This document shows positions 18,747 through 28,830 of a stretch of DNA of 64,000 bases, piece by piece. This DNA is from an uncultured Planctomycetia bacterium (GTDB taxonomy: Bacteria > Omnitrophota > Gorgyraeia > JABMRG01): assembly GCA_964634945.1 (NCBI GenBank), contig CAZWMG010000002.1, positions 38,661 to 102,660 of the forward strand. The letters are read 5' to 3'. How positions within the stretch are numbered: the stretch's first letter is position 1; each line of letters begins with the position of its first letter. The notes beneath the pieces were generated by a model, which saw only the letters and a list, made by a program, of their open reading frames with translations, made no database searches and was not told the DNA's origin. The translations under genes and the position numbers were made by a program.

Positions 18747-19257
18747 AAACTTTTTGTACTATTTATCTAATCAGTATAATTATTTTAAGGAATTATCAAG
18801 ATTAGATGAAGATGGCTCATTTTATAAAAGTGATAAAATTGCTGCAGAATACATAAATGTTTCAAGCAAAACTATTAAGAGATGGCGAGAGATCTTAAAG
18901 AAAGAAGGTTTTATATATTTTATTCCTGGCAGGCATGTAGGAGATGCTACAAGATACTGGATATTAAAAGAGAATGACAAAATGGATGGGAAGGGTGACA
19001 AATTGAACGGAGAGGGTGACAAATTGTCATATAGAGGTAGACAAAATGTCCCCCCATATAAAGAAATAATAAAAGAAAAAAATAAAGAAAAAAGAGAAGA
19101 GAACTATATTTCTCCCTTTTTTTTTAAAACAAAAAAAATCACTGAAAAAACAAAAACCCTTGAAGATGTTTCCGCAGAGACAATAAATGAGCTTCGAGAA
19201 GTATTAGGTGAAGAACAGCTAAACAGATATTTGCTAGATAAAGGATATGTGAAATAA
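18718..19257 (+). CDS. Hypothetical island protein with a possible N-terminal HTH and a K/E-rich C-terminus
   Basis: ORF track. 'SSKTIKRWREILKKEGFIY' is an HTH-like segment. Confidence 0.3.
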   Translation: MMKKLKVGPRNFLYYLSNQYNYFKELSRLDEDGSFYKSDKIAAEYINVSSKTIKRWREILKKEGFIYFIPGRHVGDATRYWILKENDKMDGKGDKLNGEGDKLSYRGRQNVPPYKEIIKEKNKEKREENYISPFFFKTKKITEKTKTLEDVSAETINELREVLGEEQLNRYLLDKGYVK

Positions 19258-19567
19258 AATGACCAGAACCCCTTTAAAGGCTATAAGAGCTAAGCGCCTT
19301 GAGTGCACAGGACGGCCTAAAGATATAAGATTGTGCCCAAGTCTAGAATGCCCCCTGCACTTATATAGGATGGGAAAGAACCCTAATAGGAAAGGCATCG
19401 GTAATTTAAAGCCTAGTTTTTGTGCAAAAAATGCATCTCAGCAAGATGTTTTATAGAGATCAGCCTATTGCAGGGCGTAACCGCCAGAAGAAAATAAGTT
19501 TTTTAAAAAACTAAGCTGAATTGTGGAAAATGACAAAATCAAACATATTCAAACAGGTTAGAGAAAA

Positions 19568-19945
19568 ATGGCTCAGGAGCTTAGTAGTAGACAGATAAAA
19601 GCCGCACTTAATTATTTAAGCGCACCCTCTGTAGATGAGGCATGTAAAAAATCTAATATAGCAAGATCAACCTTCTATAAGTGGATGCAGGATGAGAACT
19701 TTAGCTCATTTTTGGCCCAAAAGCGCGAAGAAATCACTAGAGAGGCCTTAAGCAGACTTAAAGATTCTTTAGTGGGCGCTGTTTCTAAGTTGGTAAGCCT
19801 GGTTAACTCTGATAATGAGCAGATAGCCAGGCTTAGCTCTAAGGACATCATCGATTATGTGTTAAAAACTATAGAACTAGAAAAAATTGAACAGAGAATG
19901 GTCAAGATAGAAGAGGCTTTGCAAACTAAGGGGTGTAGAGTATGA
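19568..19945 (+). CDS. Hypothetical HTH-containing protein (phage small-terminase-like N-terminus)
   Basis: 'ACKKSNIARSTFYKWMQD' is a helix-turn-helix signature. Confidence 0.3.
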   Translation: MAQELSSRQIKAALNYLSAPSVDEACKKSNIARSTFYKWMQDENFSSFLAQKREEITREALSRLKDSLVGAVSKLVSLVNSDNEQIARLSSKDIIDYVLKTIELEKIEQRMVKIEEALQTKGCRV

Positions 19946-20278
19946 GGATTCAGCAGAAACTAGATAAAATCGACTGCATGCTTGGTATCAATTCAATAAC
20001 AGGCAAAGAAGGTAAGATAAAAGGAACATTAGCAACCCTGGTAAAACAAGCCTGCGGAGCAATCCCAGCAGATGTTGAGATTGAATATGATGGGGAGCTT
20101 GGCAGGGTTATCAAAATGCATGCCGAAGGCAAGTGTGACGAAAGTGACATTCAAATCCTATAAAACTGGTGAATTGGGCACCAGGTGGGCAGTAGGGGCA
20201 TATAGGTATCATATAACATATTTATAATAAACAGGTTATGCTAAATCGAGTAAGAATATAAAGTTCTTAACCAGGGAG

Positions 20279-20833
20279 ATGCATATCATGAGAGACATTG
20301 AAGAAATGGAAGATGATGATCCGATGGGGCACGATCCGACAGAGCTGTATATGTATGGCATGAATCCCAAATCTGATAAGGGTAGACATTTTAGGAATAA
20401 CATCTTATGGTGGAGACCATTATGGAATTATTTAATTCATAACTGCAGTGATCTTTTAACAGAAAATCAGTTGAACAGCTCGCATGATTGGGACTTTAAG
20501 GATATTAGTGAAAAACAAGCTCTTTTAATAGCCCAAAGGCTCAATGAACATATAGCATCTGGAAAAGTGGAAACCTATAGCAATATTTTTGAATATATAA
20601 AAGGAACTTCAGGCCCTGTGCCATGTACATACTGCAATGGTGAAGGTGTTATTACCAAAGATTATACAAACTATAAGGAATCAGATTGCGATGTATGCCA
20701 TGGTGATCGCGTAATATCTATTATAAGTGTATTTTATTATTTTAGTGAAAATAATGTAAAAAGATTTGCAGATTTTGCTCAAAACAGTGGTGGCATTAAC
20801 ATTTATAATGAACTTCAGCCTATGTATAGGTAA
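20279..20833 (+). CDS. Hypothetical protein with a CxxC...CxxC zinc-ribbon
   Basis: 'CTYCNGEGVI...CDVCHGDRV'. Confidence 0.3.
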   Translation: MHIMRDIEEMEDDDPMGHDPTELYMYGMNPKSDKGRHFRNNILWWRPLWNYLIHNCSDLLTENQLNSSHDWDFKDISEKQALLIAQRLNEHIASGKVETYSNIFEYIKGTSGPVPCTYCNGEGVITKDYTNYKESDCDVCHGDRVISIISVFYYFSENNVKRFADFAQNSGGINIYNELQPMYR

Positions 20834-20930
20834 AAACCAATAGAGCTAAAAATGAAGAAACAGGTATTCTAAGATATGGTAGCGATCCTTAGTGTTTAAC
20901 ATAAGAACTATAAGTTCTAAGCCAGTATTT

Positions 20931-21128
20931 ATGGAAAAACTATTAACAGTAAAAGATGTAAGTATGGTATTCCAAATGAGTCCAAAAACCATTAGACACT
21001 GGGCTCAGATAGGATATATACCTCATTATAAATACAGAAAAGAAATAAGGTTTAATGGAGTAGAGCTTCAAAGATGGTCGTTAAGGAAAAAAATTAAAGG
21101 ACGTTCAAAATATACTCTAGAGGTATAA
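20931..21128 (+). CDS. Excisionase/AlpA-like HTH DNA-binding protein. Internal start of track ORF 20892-21128.
   Basis: 'LLTVKDVSMVFQMSPKTIRHWAQIGYIPHYK' matches the HTH_17/Xis pattern. Confidence 0.45.
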   Translation: MEKLLTVKDVSMVFQMSPKTIRHWAQIGYIPHYKYRKEIRFNGVELQRWSLRKKIKGRSKYTLEV

Positions 21129-21225
21129 AATGCTTGACTTATCTATATATTGTAGTAAAATATTCCTATATGGAATATTATTATGCCCACAAATTATCGT
21201 ACACGTATAAATATAAGGTATTGTT

Positions 21226-21582
21226 ATGTCTTTTTGGAATATTAAGCTCACTGATAAGTTTGAAATAAGATATGAGGCGTTTGAGGAAAAATACGAAGAG
21301 GAAATAATATCCGCTTGGGATAACTTAGATGCTTATTTAAAAGCGTTGCAAGGCGTTGATAATCCCCTAAAGGTGAATAGCGGATATATTCATATAGAAA
21401 CAAAAGGCATGATCGCGATTGATCAAACAAAGGCAGATAGAAAACTAAGAGAAATTAGGCTGTATATATATCCTGATGTAAAAACTAAAACATTACTGCT
21501 TTTAACAATAGGAGACAAGAGAACTCAAAAGAAAGACATCCAATTTGCAGTGAATTGTATCAAAAAATATAAAGGAAAATAA
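21226..21582 (+). CDS. Type II toxin, RelE/HigB-like (phage-related protein family)
   Basis: The C-terminal 'IRLYIYPDVKTKTLLLLTIGDKRTQKKDI' resembles the HigB/RelE core. It is immediately followed by an XRE-HTH gene 2 nt downstream. Confidence 0.5.
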   Translation: MSFWNIKLTDKFEIRYEAFEEKYEEEIISAWDNLDAYLKALQGVDNPLKVNSGYIHIETKGMIAIDQTKADRKLREIRLYIYPDVKTKTLLLLTIGDKRTQKKDIQFAVNCIKKYKGK

Positions 21583-21583
21583 A

Positions 21584-22162
21584 ATGCAGAAACAATATAA
21601 TAAAGTTTCAGATTTAGTAAAGAGTATATCAAAGAGTAGCAAAGTAAAAGAAAAAACTTTAAAAGAAATTGAGAACAGATCAATTTCTAAGTTTTTGTTT
21701 TTTTTAAGATGTGAACATAATCTAACTCAAAAAATACTCGCAGAAAAAATTGGTTGTACACAAAGCAGAGTTTCCAAAATAGAATCTTCATATGATGCGG
21801 ATTTATCAGTAAAAGATTTATTAGATTACGGCGACGCAATTAATTTAAACCTAGAATTAGGGTATAGACAGAAAAATGCTAAAATTACTGATTTAATTAA
21901 ATATCATGTAATTAGAGCAAAGGAATATCTTTCCATGCTTACGGATATGGTTAAAGGAGATAAAACTATTAAGGGTGGAGTTCTTAATTTTATGGAAGAA
22001 TGTTTATATAATTTTTTAGATGGACTTACAAAAAGTTTGCAAAAACTTAACTTAAGAAAAAATATTTCTGAGCCAAAAGATATTATACATATTTCCCCAC
22101 CTTTGCATGATAGGAAGATAGCAGAGTCCAATGAATCGGAAAAACTTGCAGGAAAAACTTAA
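21584..22162 (+). CDS. XRE-family HTH antitoxin (HigA-like)
   Basis: 'LTQKILAEKIGCTQSRVSKIESS' is a canonical XRE helix-turn-helix. Confidence 0.55.
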   Translation: MQKQYNKVSDLVKSISKSSKVKEKTLKEIENRSISKFLFFLRCEHNLTQKILAEKIGCTQSRVSKIESSYDADLSVKDLLDYGDAINLNLELGYRQKNAKITDLIKYHVIRAKEYLSMLTDMVKGDKTIKGGVLNFMEECLYNFLDGLTKSLQKLNLRKNISEPKDIIHISPPLHDRKIAESNESEKLAGKT

Positions 22163-22232
22163 TTTTTTATTCGAGCATTTCTTATTAATATAGAAATATA
22201 TGTTAATTAAGTAAAATAAAGGTTGAATTATA

Positions 22233-23135
22233 ATGTATTTTGAGCACAAGGAACTTTTAAAACCACCAATTGCAAGAGCAGCGTATAGCGACAGAACAGC
22301 TTGGTTGATGGCAGAGCTTTCTTACCTTGCTTATCTAAAATATGAAGTAGATAAAAAGCAAAAATTAGAATCATGTCTTAAGGAAGCGGAACTTGATCTT
22401 GTGAATATTTACAATCAAGGTGGGACTCAAGCATATTTAGCTAAAAATATCAATAGCAATATGGCGGTTTTAGCTTTTAGGGGGACGGAGATTGAAGGTC
22501 TTACATTAGAAACAATGCTCGATGTATGGACCGATTTATTTTTTAAATATCATAAAGACGATAGAGGCGTATTAACTCATAAGGGATTTCTCAACGCATT
22601 CGAAAATGTAAGAGAGCATATACAATCAGATCTTAGAACAATACCAGAATTTTCTTTGTATATTACGGGTCATTCTTTAGGTGGAGCCTTAGCTCTTATA
22701 GCGACTAAAATATTTAATTCAGATAACATAGCAGCTTGTTACACTTTTGGTAGTCCTAAAGTAGGGAATGAGGATTTTGATGACGAGATAAAACCCCCTA
22801 TTTATAGGGTAGTCAATGATGTTGATTTAGTGCCTTTTTTACCTTTTACGCCAATAATGCATGTTTTATCAATTTTTAACAAAAAATGTAAAAAGCTTAA
22901 AAAACTCCTTACATATATGTCACACTATAAACATACGGGTCACGTGCAATTTTTAGAAAAAACAAAGGGAAGCAAAGCAGAAATAAAGACACGAAAAAAC
23001 TATGGTGAAATAACTCGTTCTATTGATCTCTTAAGAAGAACTATAACTAAAAACAAAAAAGCGGGAGTAGATTGTCATTCAATGGACGAATATTGTAAAA
23101 AATTAGCTAAATACGCACAGCAAAGATTAAAATAA
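22233..23135 (+). CDS. Class 3 lipase (alpha/beta hydrolase)
   Basis: Nucleophile elbow 'ITGHSLGGALA'. Typical lipase_3 context 'FRGTE...'. Confidence 0.7.
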   Translation: MYFEHKELLKPPIARAAYSDRTAWLMAELSYLAYLKYEVDKKQKLESCLKEAELDLVNIYNQGGTQAYLAKNINSNMAVLAFRGTEIEGLTLETMLDVWTDLFFKYHKDDRGVLTHKGFLNAFENVREHIQSDLRTIPEFSLYITGHSLGGALALIATKIFNSDNIAACYTFGSPKVGNEDFDDEIKPPIYRVVNDVDLVPFLPFTPIMHVLSIFNKKCKKLKKLLTYMSHYKHTGHVQFLEKTKGSKAEIKTRKNYGEITRSIDLLRRTITKNKKAGVDCHSMDEYCKKLAKYAQQRLK

Positions 23136-23288
23136 ATCTTGCCCAAATCTTGCCCATTTTAGAGCTCTACAAAGGTTTTTAAGCGGACAAAAACGGACAT
23201 AAATTCTGCGAGTAACTTATAGCAATATCAACAACTTGTGTCATAATTCGTTGAAATGCAAGGAGTTACAAAAGCACCCTTAGAGGTT

Positions 23289-23305
23289 TCCCTGCCTCTC
23301 CGCCA
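23289..23305. repeat. attR-like 17-bp direct repeat of the tRNA-Ser 3' end
   Basis: 'tccctgcctctccgcca' is identical to 11649-11665. The flanking 'ggtt' is also shared. Confidence 0.55.
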
Positions 23306-23390
23306 GTTGTTTTAGCTATTTGGAAAATTTGCTTTTCTATTGCAAATTTTCCTTGACTTTTAAGCGAGGATAATATATACTTTTAATGCC

Positions 23391-24617
23391 ATGAGAAAAA
23401 TATATATACATAGGCAGATAGAAAGCGTCCTTAAGAAAGCCGCAAAACAGTTTTGCGCGGTTGCGGTAACTGGCCCTAGGCAGTCAGGTAAATCTACATT
23501 GCTCAAGGAGTTATTTTCAAAAACACATAATTATGTTACGTTTGATGACCCTATTGTGCGGGAACAGGCCATATCTGACCCGCGTTTATTTTTAGATAAC
23601 GCGGGCGAGAAAGTCATTATTGATGAGATTCAATATGCGCCTCAGATACTATCCTATGTTAAAATGGTGATAGATAATAATAGAGAAAGAAAAGGGCAGT
23701 TTATATTTACCGGTTCCCAGCAATTTGTGATGATTAAAAATTTGGGTGATTCTCTTGCAGGCAGAATCGCGCTTTTGGATCTTTTGCCGTTTAGCATTAA
23801 TGAAAGCCGACGTGTTCCAAGAAAAACCAAGATGCTTGATACTACTGAAAAGTGCCTTGTCGATTCTTGTCTTTTTGGCTCATTTCCAGAACTTGTTACA
23901 GCAAAAAGCATCAATTCTAATGCATGGTATGGCGCGTATTTAAGAACTTATTTGGAAAGGGATATCAGCACAACTTATAATATAGGCCGATTAAGAGAAT
24001 TTCAGCTTTTTGTTCAGTTGTTAGCATCACGATGTTCGCAGGAATTGAATCTTTCCGCACTTTCTAATGATATAGGCGCCAGCGTTAATACGATTAAGAG
24101 ATGGGTATCAATTCTTCAGGCAAGTAGAATCATATATTTGTTGCCGCCGTACTATCAGAATTTTGGAAAAAGAATTACAAAAACACCAAAAGTATATTTT
24201 TTGGATAATGCTTTAGCTTGTTATTTGTTAGGGATAAAGGATAAAGAAACTTTACTGAAAGGCCCTATGGCGGGCGCCTTATGCGAAAATTTTTATATAC
24301 AAGAAACCATCAAGCATTATTTTAATTTTGGACTAAAGCCGCAGCTCTATTATTTTCGCCTGAGGAATAGCTTAGAGGTAGACTTGATAATAGAGCATGC
24401 TGATAGAAAATTGTCACTTATCGAGATAAAACTGTCAAAAACTCCAAATAAAAAGATGACAGCCAATATAGGCGCATTCAAAAAGAATTTTTCAAAATTA
24501 GTGGTTAAAGATAGTAGGGTTCTTTGCTTAAATGATACTGATATGCTATTGGCAAAAGATGTTTATTGCCAGGGGTTAGATAGTTACCTCGAATATCTTA
24601 ATAGCCATGTTCAATAA
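23391..24617 (+). CDS. AAA-family ATPase (AAA_14 + DUF4143 architecture)
   Basis: Walker A 'GPRQSGKST'. Typical length and C-terminal DUF4143-like region. Confidence 0.65.
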   Translation: MRKIYIHRQIESVLKKAAKQFCAVAVTGPRQSGKSTLLKELFSKTHNYVTFDDPIVREQAISDPRLFLDNAGEKVIIDEIQYAPQILSYVKMVIDNNRERKGQFIFTGSQQFVMIKNLGDSLAGRIALLDLLPFSINESRRVPRKTKMLDTTEKCLVDSCLFGSFPELVTAKSINSNAWYGAYLRTYLERDISTTYNIGRLREFQLFVQLLASRCSQELNLSALSNDIGASVNTIKRWVSILQASRIIYLLPPYYQNFGKRITKTPKVYFLDNALACYLLGIKDKETLLKGPMAGALCENFYIQETIKHYFNFGLKPQLYYFRLRNSLEVDLIIEHADRKLSLIEIKLSKTPNKKMTANIGAFKKNFSKLVVKDSRVLCLNDTDMLLAKDVYCQGLDSYLEYLNSHVQ

Positions 24618-24640
24618 TTTTCTGTCACAATTCTAACACG

Positions 24641-24668
24641 TTGACATTTTTCCCACTTGTAATATAAT
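24641..24668 (+). promoter_or_regulatory. Near-consensus sigma70 promoter (TTGACA-16-TATAAT) driving a ~200-nt leader ahead of the GIY-YIG gene
   Basis: 'ttgacatttttcccacttgtaatataat'. Confidence 0.45.
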
Positions 24669-24882
24669 ATAAATCAAGCGGTTACGGAAACAGGGTTCGA
24701 ACAAAGCGGAGAACACACCGCCATGCACCACTCACTTTGCTTATATGGTGCATGCCCTGAACCCGAACTGCGAAGCAGTGAGTGGTTTAGGGCAAAGCTC
24801 GGATGCATGGCACGCCATCTAGCTTGGATATTTAAAGTCTTTCTGGATTTTTTCTCGGGTTCGCTGTACAGCAGGTGGAAAT

Positions 24883-25149
24883 ATGCATTATGTTTATGTA
24901 CTTATAAGCTTAAAAGACCGCAAATTTTATATAGGTTATTCCGAAGATGTTTCTCGTCGGGAAAAAGACCACAATTCAGGTAAGAATCTAAGCACTAAAT
25001 CCCGCCGGCCGCTCAAAATGTTTTATTATGAAGCTCATTTTTCAAAGCAAGATGCTATGAAAAGGGAACGATACTTTAAAACAGCAAGGGGCAAAACTAC
25101 GCTAAAGCAAATAGCAAAACATTCGATTCAAGAGTTGCTAAAAGGTTGA
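24883..25149 (+). CDS. GIY-YIG nuclease-family small protein
   Basis: 'YVYVLISLKDRKFYIGYSEDVSRREKDHNSG' is a GIY...YIG motif. Confidence 0.7.
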   Translation: MHYVYVLISLKDRKFYIGYSEDVSRREKDHNSGKNLSTKSRRPLKMFYYEAHFSKQDAMKRERYFKTARGKTTLKQIAKHSIQELLKG

Positions 25150-25836
25150 GTAGTTTTTTATCCATTTTTACATTTCTTACATATTTTAATTTTTTTGATA
25201 TTTATGATACACTGGATAAAAGCTAATAGTTAAATTTTAGGCAAAGCAGGATAGGGCCCTAATGAGATATAGAGATTTATATCCTGAAGATGGCGTTCCT
25301 CAACGGATGTATTGTAGCGGCTGCAATGGACATTTGGTATTGTTTCTATTCGAACCCTGTTATAATAGGACTGCTCTAAATGGGAATAATCTGTTATAAT
25401 GAAGACCTCAAAGAAAGGAGGCTATTTAGAGTAGCAAAAAGTAGGGGCTTGACCGTTAAAAGGCCTCACTCCAGAAAAACTTACGAATACCTGGAAGAAG
25501 CAAAAACAACAGAAAACACTAGATTCTCAGCTTACAATCTGTACAGTGTAAGGGGTAAGGTCACTACAACAACCGTGGAATTATTTATTTTCAGTAGGAG
25601 AAATATGCAAAGGCCTAGGCAGATGTGCATGAAGCGGAAAGATTAGGATGTACAGTTAATCCTGAGTTCCTTAATGCGCTTAAGAAGGTATCGAGTAGAG
25701 AACAATAGTGGAATGGATAATTTATCGTGATGTCAAAAAAAAGTAGGGGCAGAGCCTGCAGTTGTTGTCAAAAAAAGAAAATAGAAAACAGGCTTGATAC
25801 TATTTTAATAAATTGAAAAGATAGGATATCTTTTAG

Positions 25837-27747
25837 ATGAATAAAGTTTTAAAAGGAAAACATTATATCTTCCCTGCTATTATCGCTGTAGCGATTCTCG
25901 TAGGCCTATACCTAACCAGCCTTTACAACTATCTTCTTTTTCACAGCATTGCGGAGATCTTTAGCATCGTTATTGCCGTTACATGTTTTATCCTTATATG
26001 GAATCTCAGGAAATATTTTGACAATCCTTATTTGACTATTGTGGGTATTGCCTACCTCTGTGTTGGGTGTATCGATTTGCTTCATACTCTTGCGTATAAG
26101 GGAATGGGGATATTCCCGGGGATTGAATCTAATCTGGCTACCCAATTGTGGATCCTTGGAAGGTATGTGGAGAGTTTTTCCATTCTTGTCGCTGCTTTAT
26201 TCATTGGTAGAAAGGTGAAATCAAAGGTTGTATTGGTTATCTATGTCGCGGTAACCGGCGTTCTGTTAAGTTCAATTTTTGTCTGGAAGATATTCCCTGT
26301 CTGTTATAGTGAAGGGGTAGGGCTTACCCCTTTTAAAGTAGTTAGTGAGTACATTATTTCTTGTGTTCTCATTGGAGCGCTTCTTTTGCTAATGAGGAAG
26401 CGCGAAGCATTAGAAAAAAATATTGCCTGGTTTTTTGAAGCAGCAATCGTAACAACAATTTTATCAGAGCTCGCATTTACTTTATATAAAGGCGTCTATG
26501 GGGGTTTCAATTTTTTAGGACATATCTTGAAGATTATCTCATTTTATTTTATTTATAGAGCTATTGTTAAACTCGGAATAAAACAACCATTCGCTTTATT
26601 TCTTAGAAAGCAAAAAGAAGAAGAGGAAAATAAACTGAGTAATGCCGAACAGCGTTACAGGACCGTGGCTGACTTCACCTATGATTGGGAGTGGTGGCAG
26701 GCTCCGGATGGTAAATATATTTATATCTCCCCTTCTTGCAAGAGAATAACCGGTTATACGCAAAATGAGTTTATTGACAATTTGCACCTTTTTAAAGATA
26801 TTATTGTGCCGCAAGATCGGGAAATATGGAATAATCATCATGCAGAATCGAAAGTAAAGTATAAACCGGGAGAAATCCAGTTTCGCATAAGGAAGAAGAA
26901 CGGAAGTGTTGTGTGGCTTGAGCATGTATGCCAATCGGTAACAAATTATAAGGGCGTGTTTTTAGGCTTCCGCGCTTCAAATCGCGATATTACTCAGCGC
27001 AAAAAAGCGGAAGAAGATGCCCTTAGCTTAAAAGCTGAACTGATACATATAACGCGGGCAATTTCCCTGGGAGCGCTTAGTTCATCTCTCGCTCACGAAC
27101 TTAACCAACCGCTTACCGCTATTCTTAGCAATGCCCAGGCAGCGCAACGATTCTTAAACAGAGCAAATCCCGACCTTGACGAAGTAGCCGAAAGCCTTGA
27201 AGACATTGTCAAAGATGATAGGCTGGCCGCTGAAATCATCTGCAAGCTGAGAGACCTTACAAAAAAGAAAAAAATAGAATTATCCAAATGTGATCTAAAA
27301 GGTACTGTTGAAGAAGTCTTGAGACTGGTAAAAGGCGACATGCTCCTTAAGAGCATCCAATTAAAAGTTTTATTTGAGGATAACGCAAAGAACGTATTAT
27401 GTGATACTGTTCAGATTCAGCAGGTAATACTGAATCTGATAACTAATGCATCCGAGGGCCTATTGGCTATGGATCCTCATAAACGTAAGATGGTGATCAA
27501 GATCGCCGAGACGAATGCCGATGAAGTTGTAGTAAGCGTCTCTGACAACGGCCAAGGAATAGATAAGGAAAATTCAGCGAAAATATTTGAAATGTTTTAT
27601 ACAACCAAACCAGGCGGCCTTGGTATGGGGTTGCCAATTTGCAAATCCATTATCGAATCACATGGAGGACGAATTTGGGCTGAACATAATGATGAAACCG
27701 GCGCGACGTTCGCTTTCACCTTACCGTTATGCAAAGAGGGGCCTTGA
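25837..27747 (+). CDS. Sensor histidine kinase with a multi-TM N-terminal domain, a PAS domain, and HisKA and HATPase_c domains
   Basis: H-box 'LAHELNQPLTAI'. G-boxes 'DNGQGI' and 'GGLGMGL'. PAS 'YISPSCKRITGYTQNEF'. Confidence 0.8.
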   Translation: MNKVLKGKHYIFPAIIAVAILVGLYLTSLYNYLLFHSIAEIFSIVIAVTCFILIWNLRKYFDNPYLTIVGIAYLCVGCIDLLHTLAYKGMGIFPGIESNLATQLWILGRYVESFSILVAALFIGRKVKSKVVLVIYVAVTGVLLSSIFVWKIFPVCYSEGVGLTPFKVVSEYIISCVLIGALLLLMRKREALEKNIAWFFEAAIVTTILSELAFTLYKGVYGGFNFLGHILKIISFYFIYRAIVKLGIKQPFALFLRKQKEEEENKLSNAEQRYRTVADFTYDWEWWQAPDGKYIYISPSCKRITGYTQNEFIDNLHLFKDIIVPQDREIWNNHHAESKVKYKPGEIQFRIRKKNGSVVWLEHVCQSVTNYKGVFLGFRASNRDITQRKKAEEDALSLKAELIHITRAISLGALSSSLAHELNQPLTAILSNAQAAQRFLNRANPDLDEVAESLEDIVKDDRLAAEIICKLRDLTKKKKIELSKCDLKGTVEEVLRLVKGDMLLKSIQLKVLFEDNAKNVLCDTVQIQQVILNLITNASEGLLAMDPHKRKMVIKIAETNADEVVVSVSDNGQGIDKENSAKIFEMFYTTKPGGLGMGLPICKSIIESHGGRIWAEHNDETGATFAFTLPLCKEGP

Positions 27748-27753
27748 TTAAAA

Positions 27754-28377
27754 ATGCCTTATCCTATAGTATATATTGTTGACGACGATGAGTCTGTTCG
27801 TAAAAGCCTTAATAGGCTTATAAAGTCTGCAGGATTACAGACAGAAGTTTTTTCCTGTTCCGAAGAATTTCTGAGAGCTAAAAAGCATAGAAGGCCGGCT
27901 TGCCTCATCCTTGATGTGCGCATGCCCGGATTAACAGGTATTGATTTACAGAATGAACTGAAAAAGCGATCTATCATTTTACCCATAGTATTTATTACCG
28001 GTCATGGCAATATTCCGATGAGTGTTGCGGCTATAAAAGAGGGTGCGGTTGATTTCTTGCAGAAACCCTTTGATGATAAGGAATTACTTAACGCAATCGG
28101 TCAAGCCATTGATCGTGACAGCATGGCGCTAAAAGAAGAAATAGAAAAAAGAAGAATAAAACACTTAACCTCCTCACTTACCCCGCGTGAGCATGAGGTA
28201 TTACAATGGGTAATAACCGGAATGCTTAATAAACAAATCGCCGGCAAACTGGGGACCACTGAAAAGACAGTTAAAGTTCATCGTGGCCGTGTTATGCATA
28301 AAATGAAAGTTGTATCCGTAGCCCAACTTGTTCGGCTTACCCAAAAGTGCGGCATCTCACCTGCTAAAAAGACCTGA
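27754..28377 (+). CDS. Response regulator, FixJ/LuxR family (REC + LuxR HTH)
   Basis: 'IVDDDESVR...LDVRMPGLTG' REC domain. 'LTPREHEVLQWVITGMLNKQIAGKLGTTEKTVKVHR' LuxR-type HTH. Confidence 0.8.
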   Translation: MPYPIVYIVDDDESVRKSLNRLIKSAGLQTEVFSCSEEFLRAKKHRRPACLILDVRMPGLTGIDLQNELKKRSIILPIVFITGHGNIPMSVAAIKEGAVDFLQKPFDDKELLNAIGQAIDRDSMALKEEIEKRRIKHLTSSLTPREHEVLQWVITGMLNKQIAGKLGTTEKTVKVHRGRVMHKMKVVSVAQLVRLTQKCGISPAKKT

Positions 28378-28437
28378 TCCCCCGTATTGGACCAAGGTCC
28401 AATTTACATAAATCCCAGTTTTTGATATTGTCCTTCC

Positions 28438-28830
28438 ATGAATCCTATGATTTATCCTACAGTTTATATCGTTGATGACGACAGCTCCGTAAGAAGTTCC
28501 CTTAAGCACCTTATGAAATCGGCAGGGTATTCTGCTTATGCATTTGAATCTGCGCAAAGTTTTTTGGATTCGGTTCCTTCCGATAGCGCAGGATGTCTTA
28601 TTCTGGATATCCGTATGCCGGAAATGAACGGTTTTGAGCTTCAAGAGAAATTGCGCGAGCTACATTATCATTTGCATAGCATCTTTATTACAGCTCATGC
28701 CTGTGAGGGAGATCGAAAATATGCCATGGACCATGGAGCGATCGGTTTTTTACAGAAGCCATTCAATGATTTATCCTTGTTCGAATTGATCAATGCCGGC
28801 GCGGAAAAAGATAAGGAAAATGAAAGATGA
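28438..28830 (+). CDS. Stand-alone receiver-domain response regulator (FixJ-like REC with no output domain)
   Basis: 'IVDDDSSVRSSL...LDIRMPEMNG...GFLQKPF'. It ends 11 aa after the REC fold. Confidence 0.7.
   Translation: MNPMIYPTVYIVDDDSSVRSSLKHLMKSAGYSAYAFESAQSFLDSVPSDSAGCLILDIRMPEMNGFELQEKLRELHYHLHSIFITAHACEGDRKYAMDHGAIGFLQKPFNDLSLFELINAGAEKDKENER

Larger units (their letters stand above)
11649..23305. mobile_element. Integrative genomic island (~11.66 kb) inserted at the 3' end of tRNA-Ser. Bounded by the 17-bp direct repeat 'tccctgcctctccgcca' at 11649-11665 and 23289-23305.
   Basis: Direct repeat of the tRNA 3' end. Tyrosine integrase next to the tRNA side, excisionase-like HTH, TA module and phage-like small genes inside. 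Confidence 0.6.

Noticed and set aside
24677-24882. Leader considered as SRP RNA, 6S RNA or tmRNA
   Set aside because: It lacks the SRP domain-IV consensus, the tmRNA tRNA-like ends and the 6S central-bubble architecture on inspection. Kept only as an unclassified structured leader.
24723-24983. 86-aa ORF across the leader of the GIY-YIG gene
   Set aside because: It overlaps the start of the better-supported GIY-YIG ORF, has no RBS and has odd Cys/Arg/Leu-rich composition. Treated as spurious.
24689-25367. 13-bp inverted repeat 'aacagggttcgaa' flanking the GIY-YIG gene, considered as the terminal inverted repeats of a mini mobile element
   Set aside because: A 13-mer inverted pair within 1 kb is expected by chance about once in a window this size, and no target-site duplication is visible.
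25380-25646. 88-aa ORF in the intergenic region before the histidine kinase
   Set aside because: No RBS and no recognisable motifs, in a region that looks like decayed sequence. Probably not a gene.
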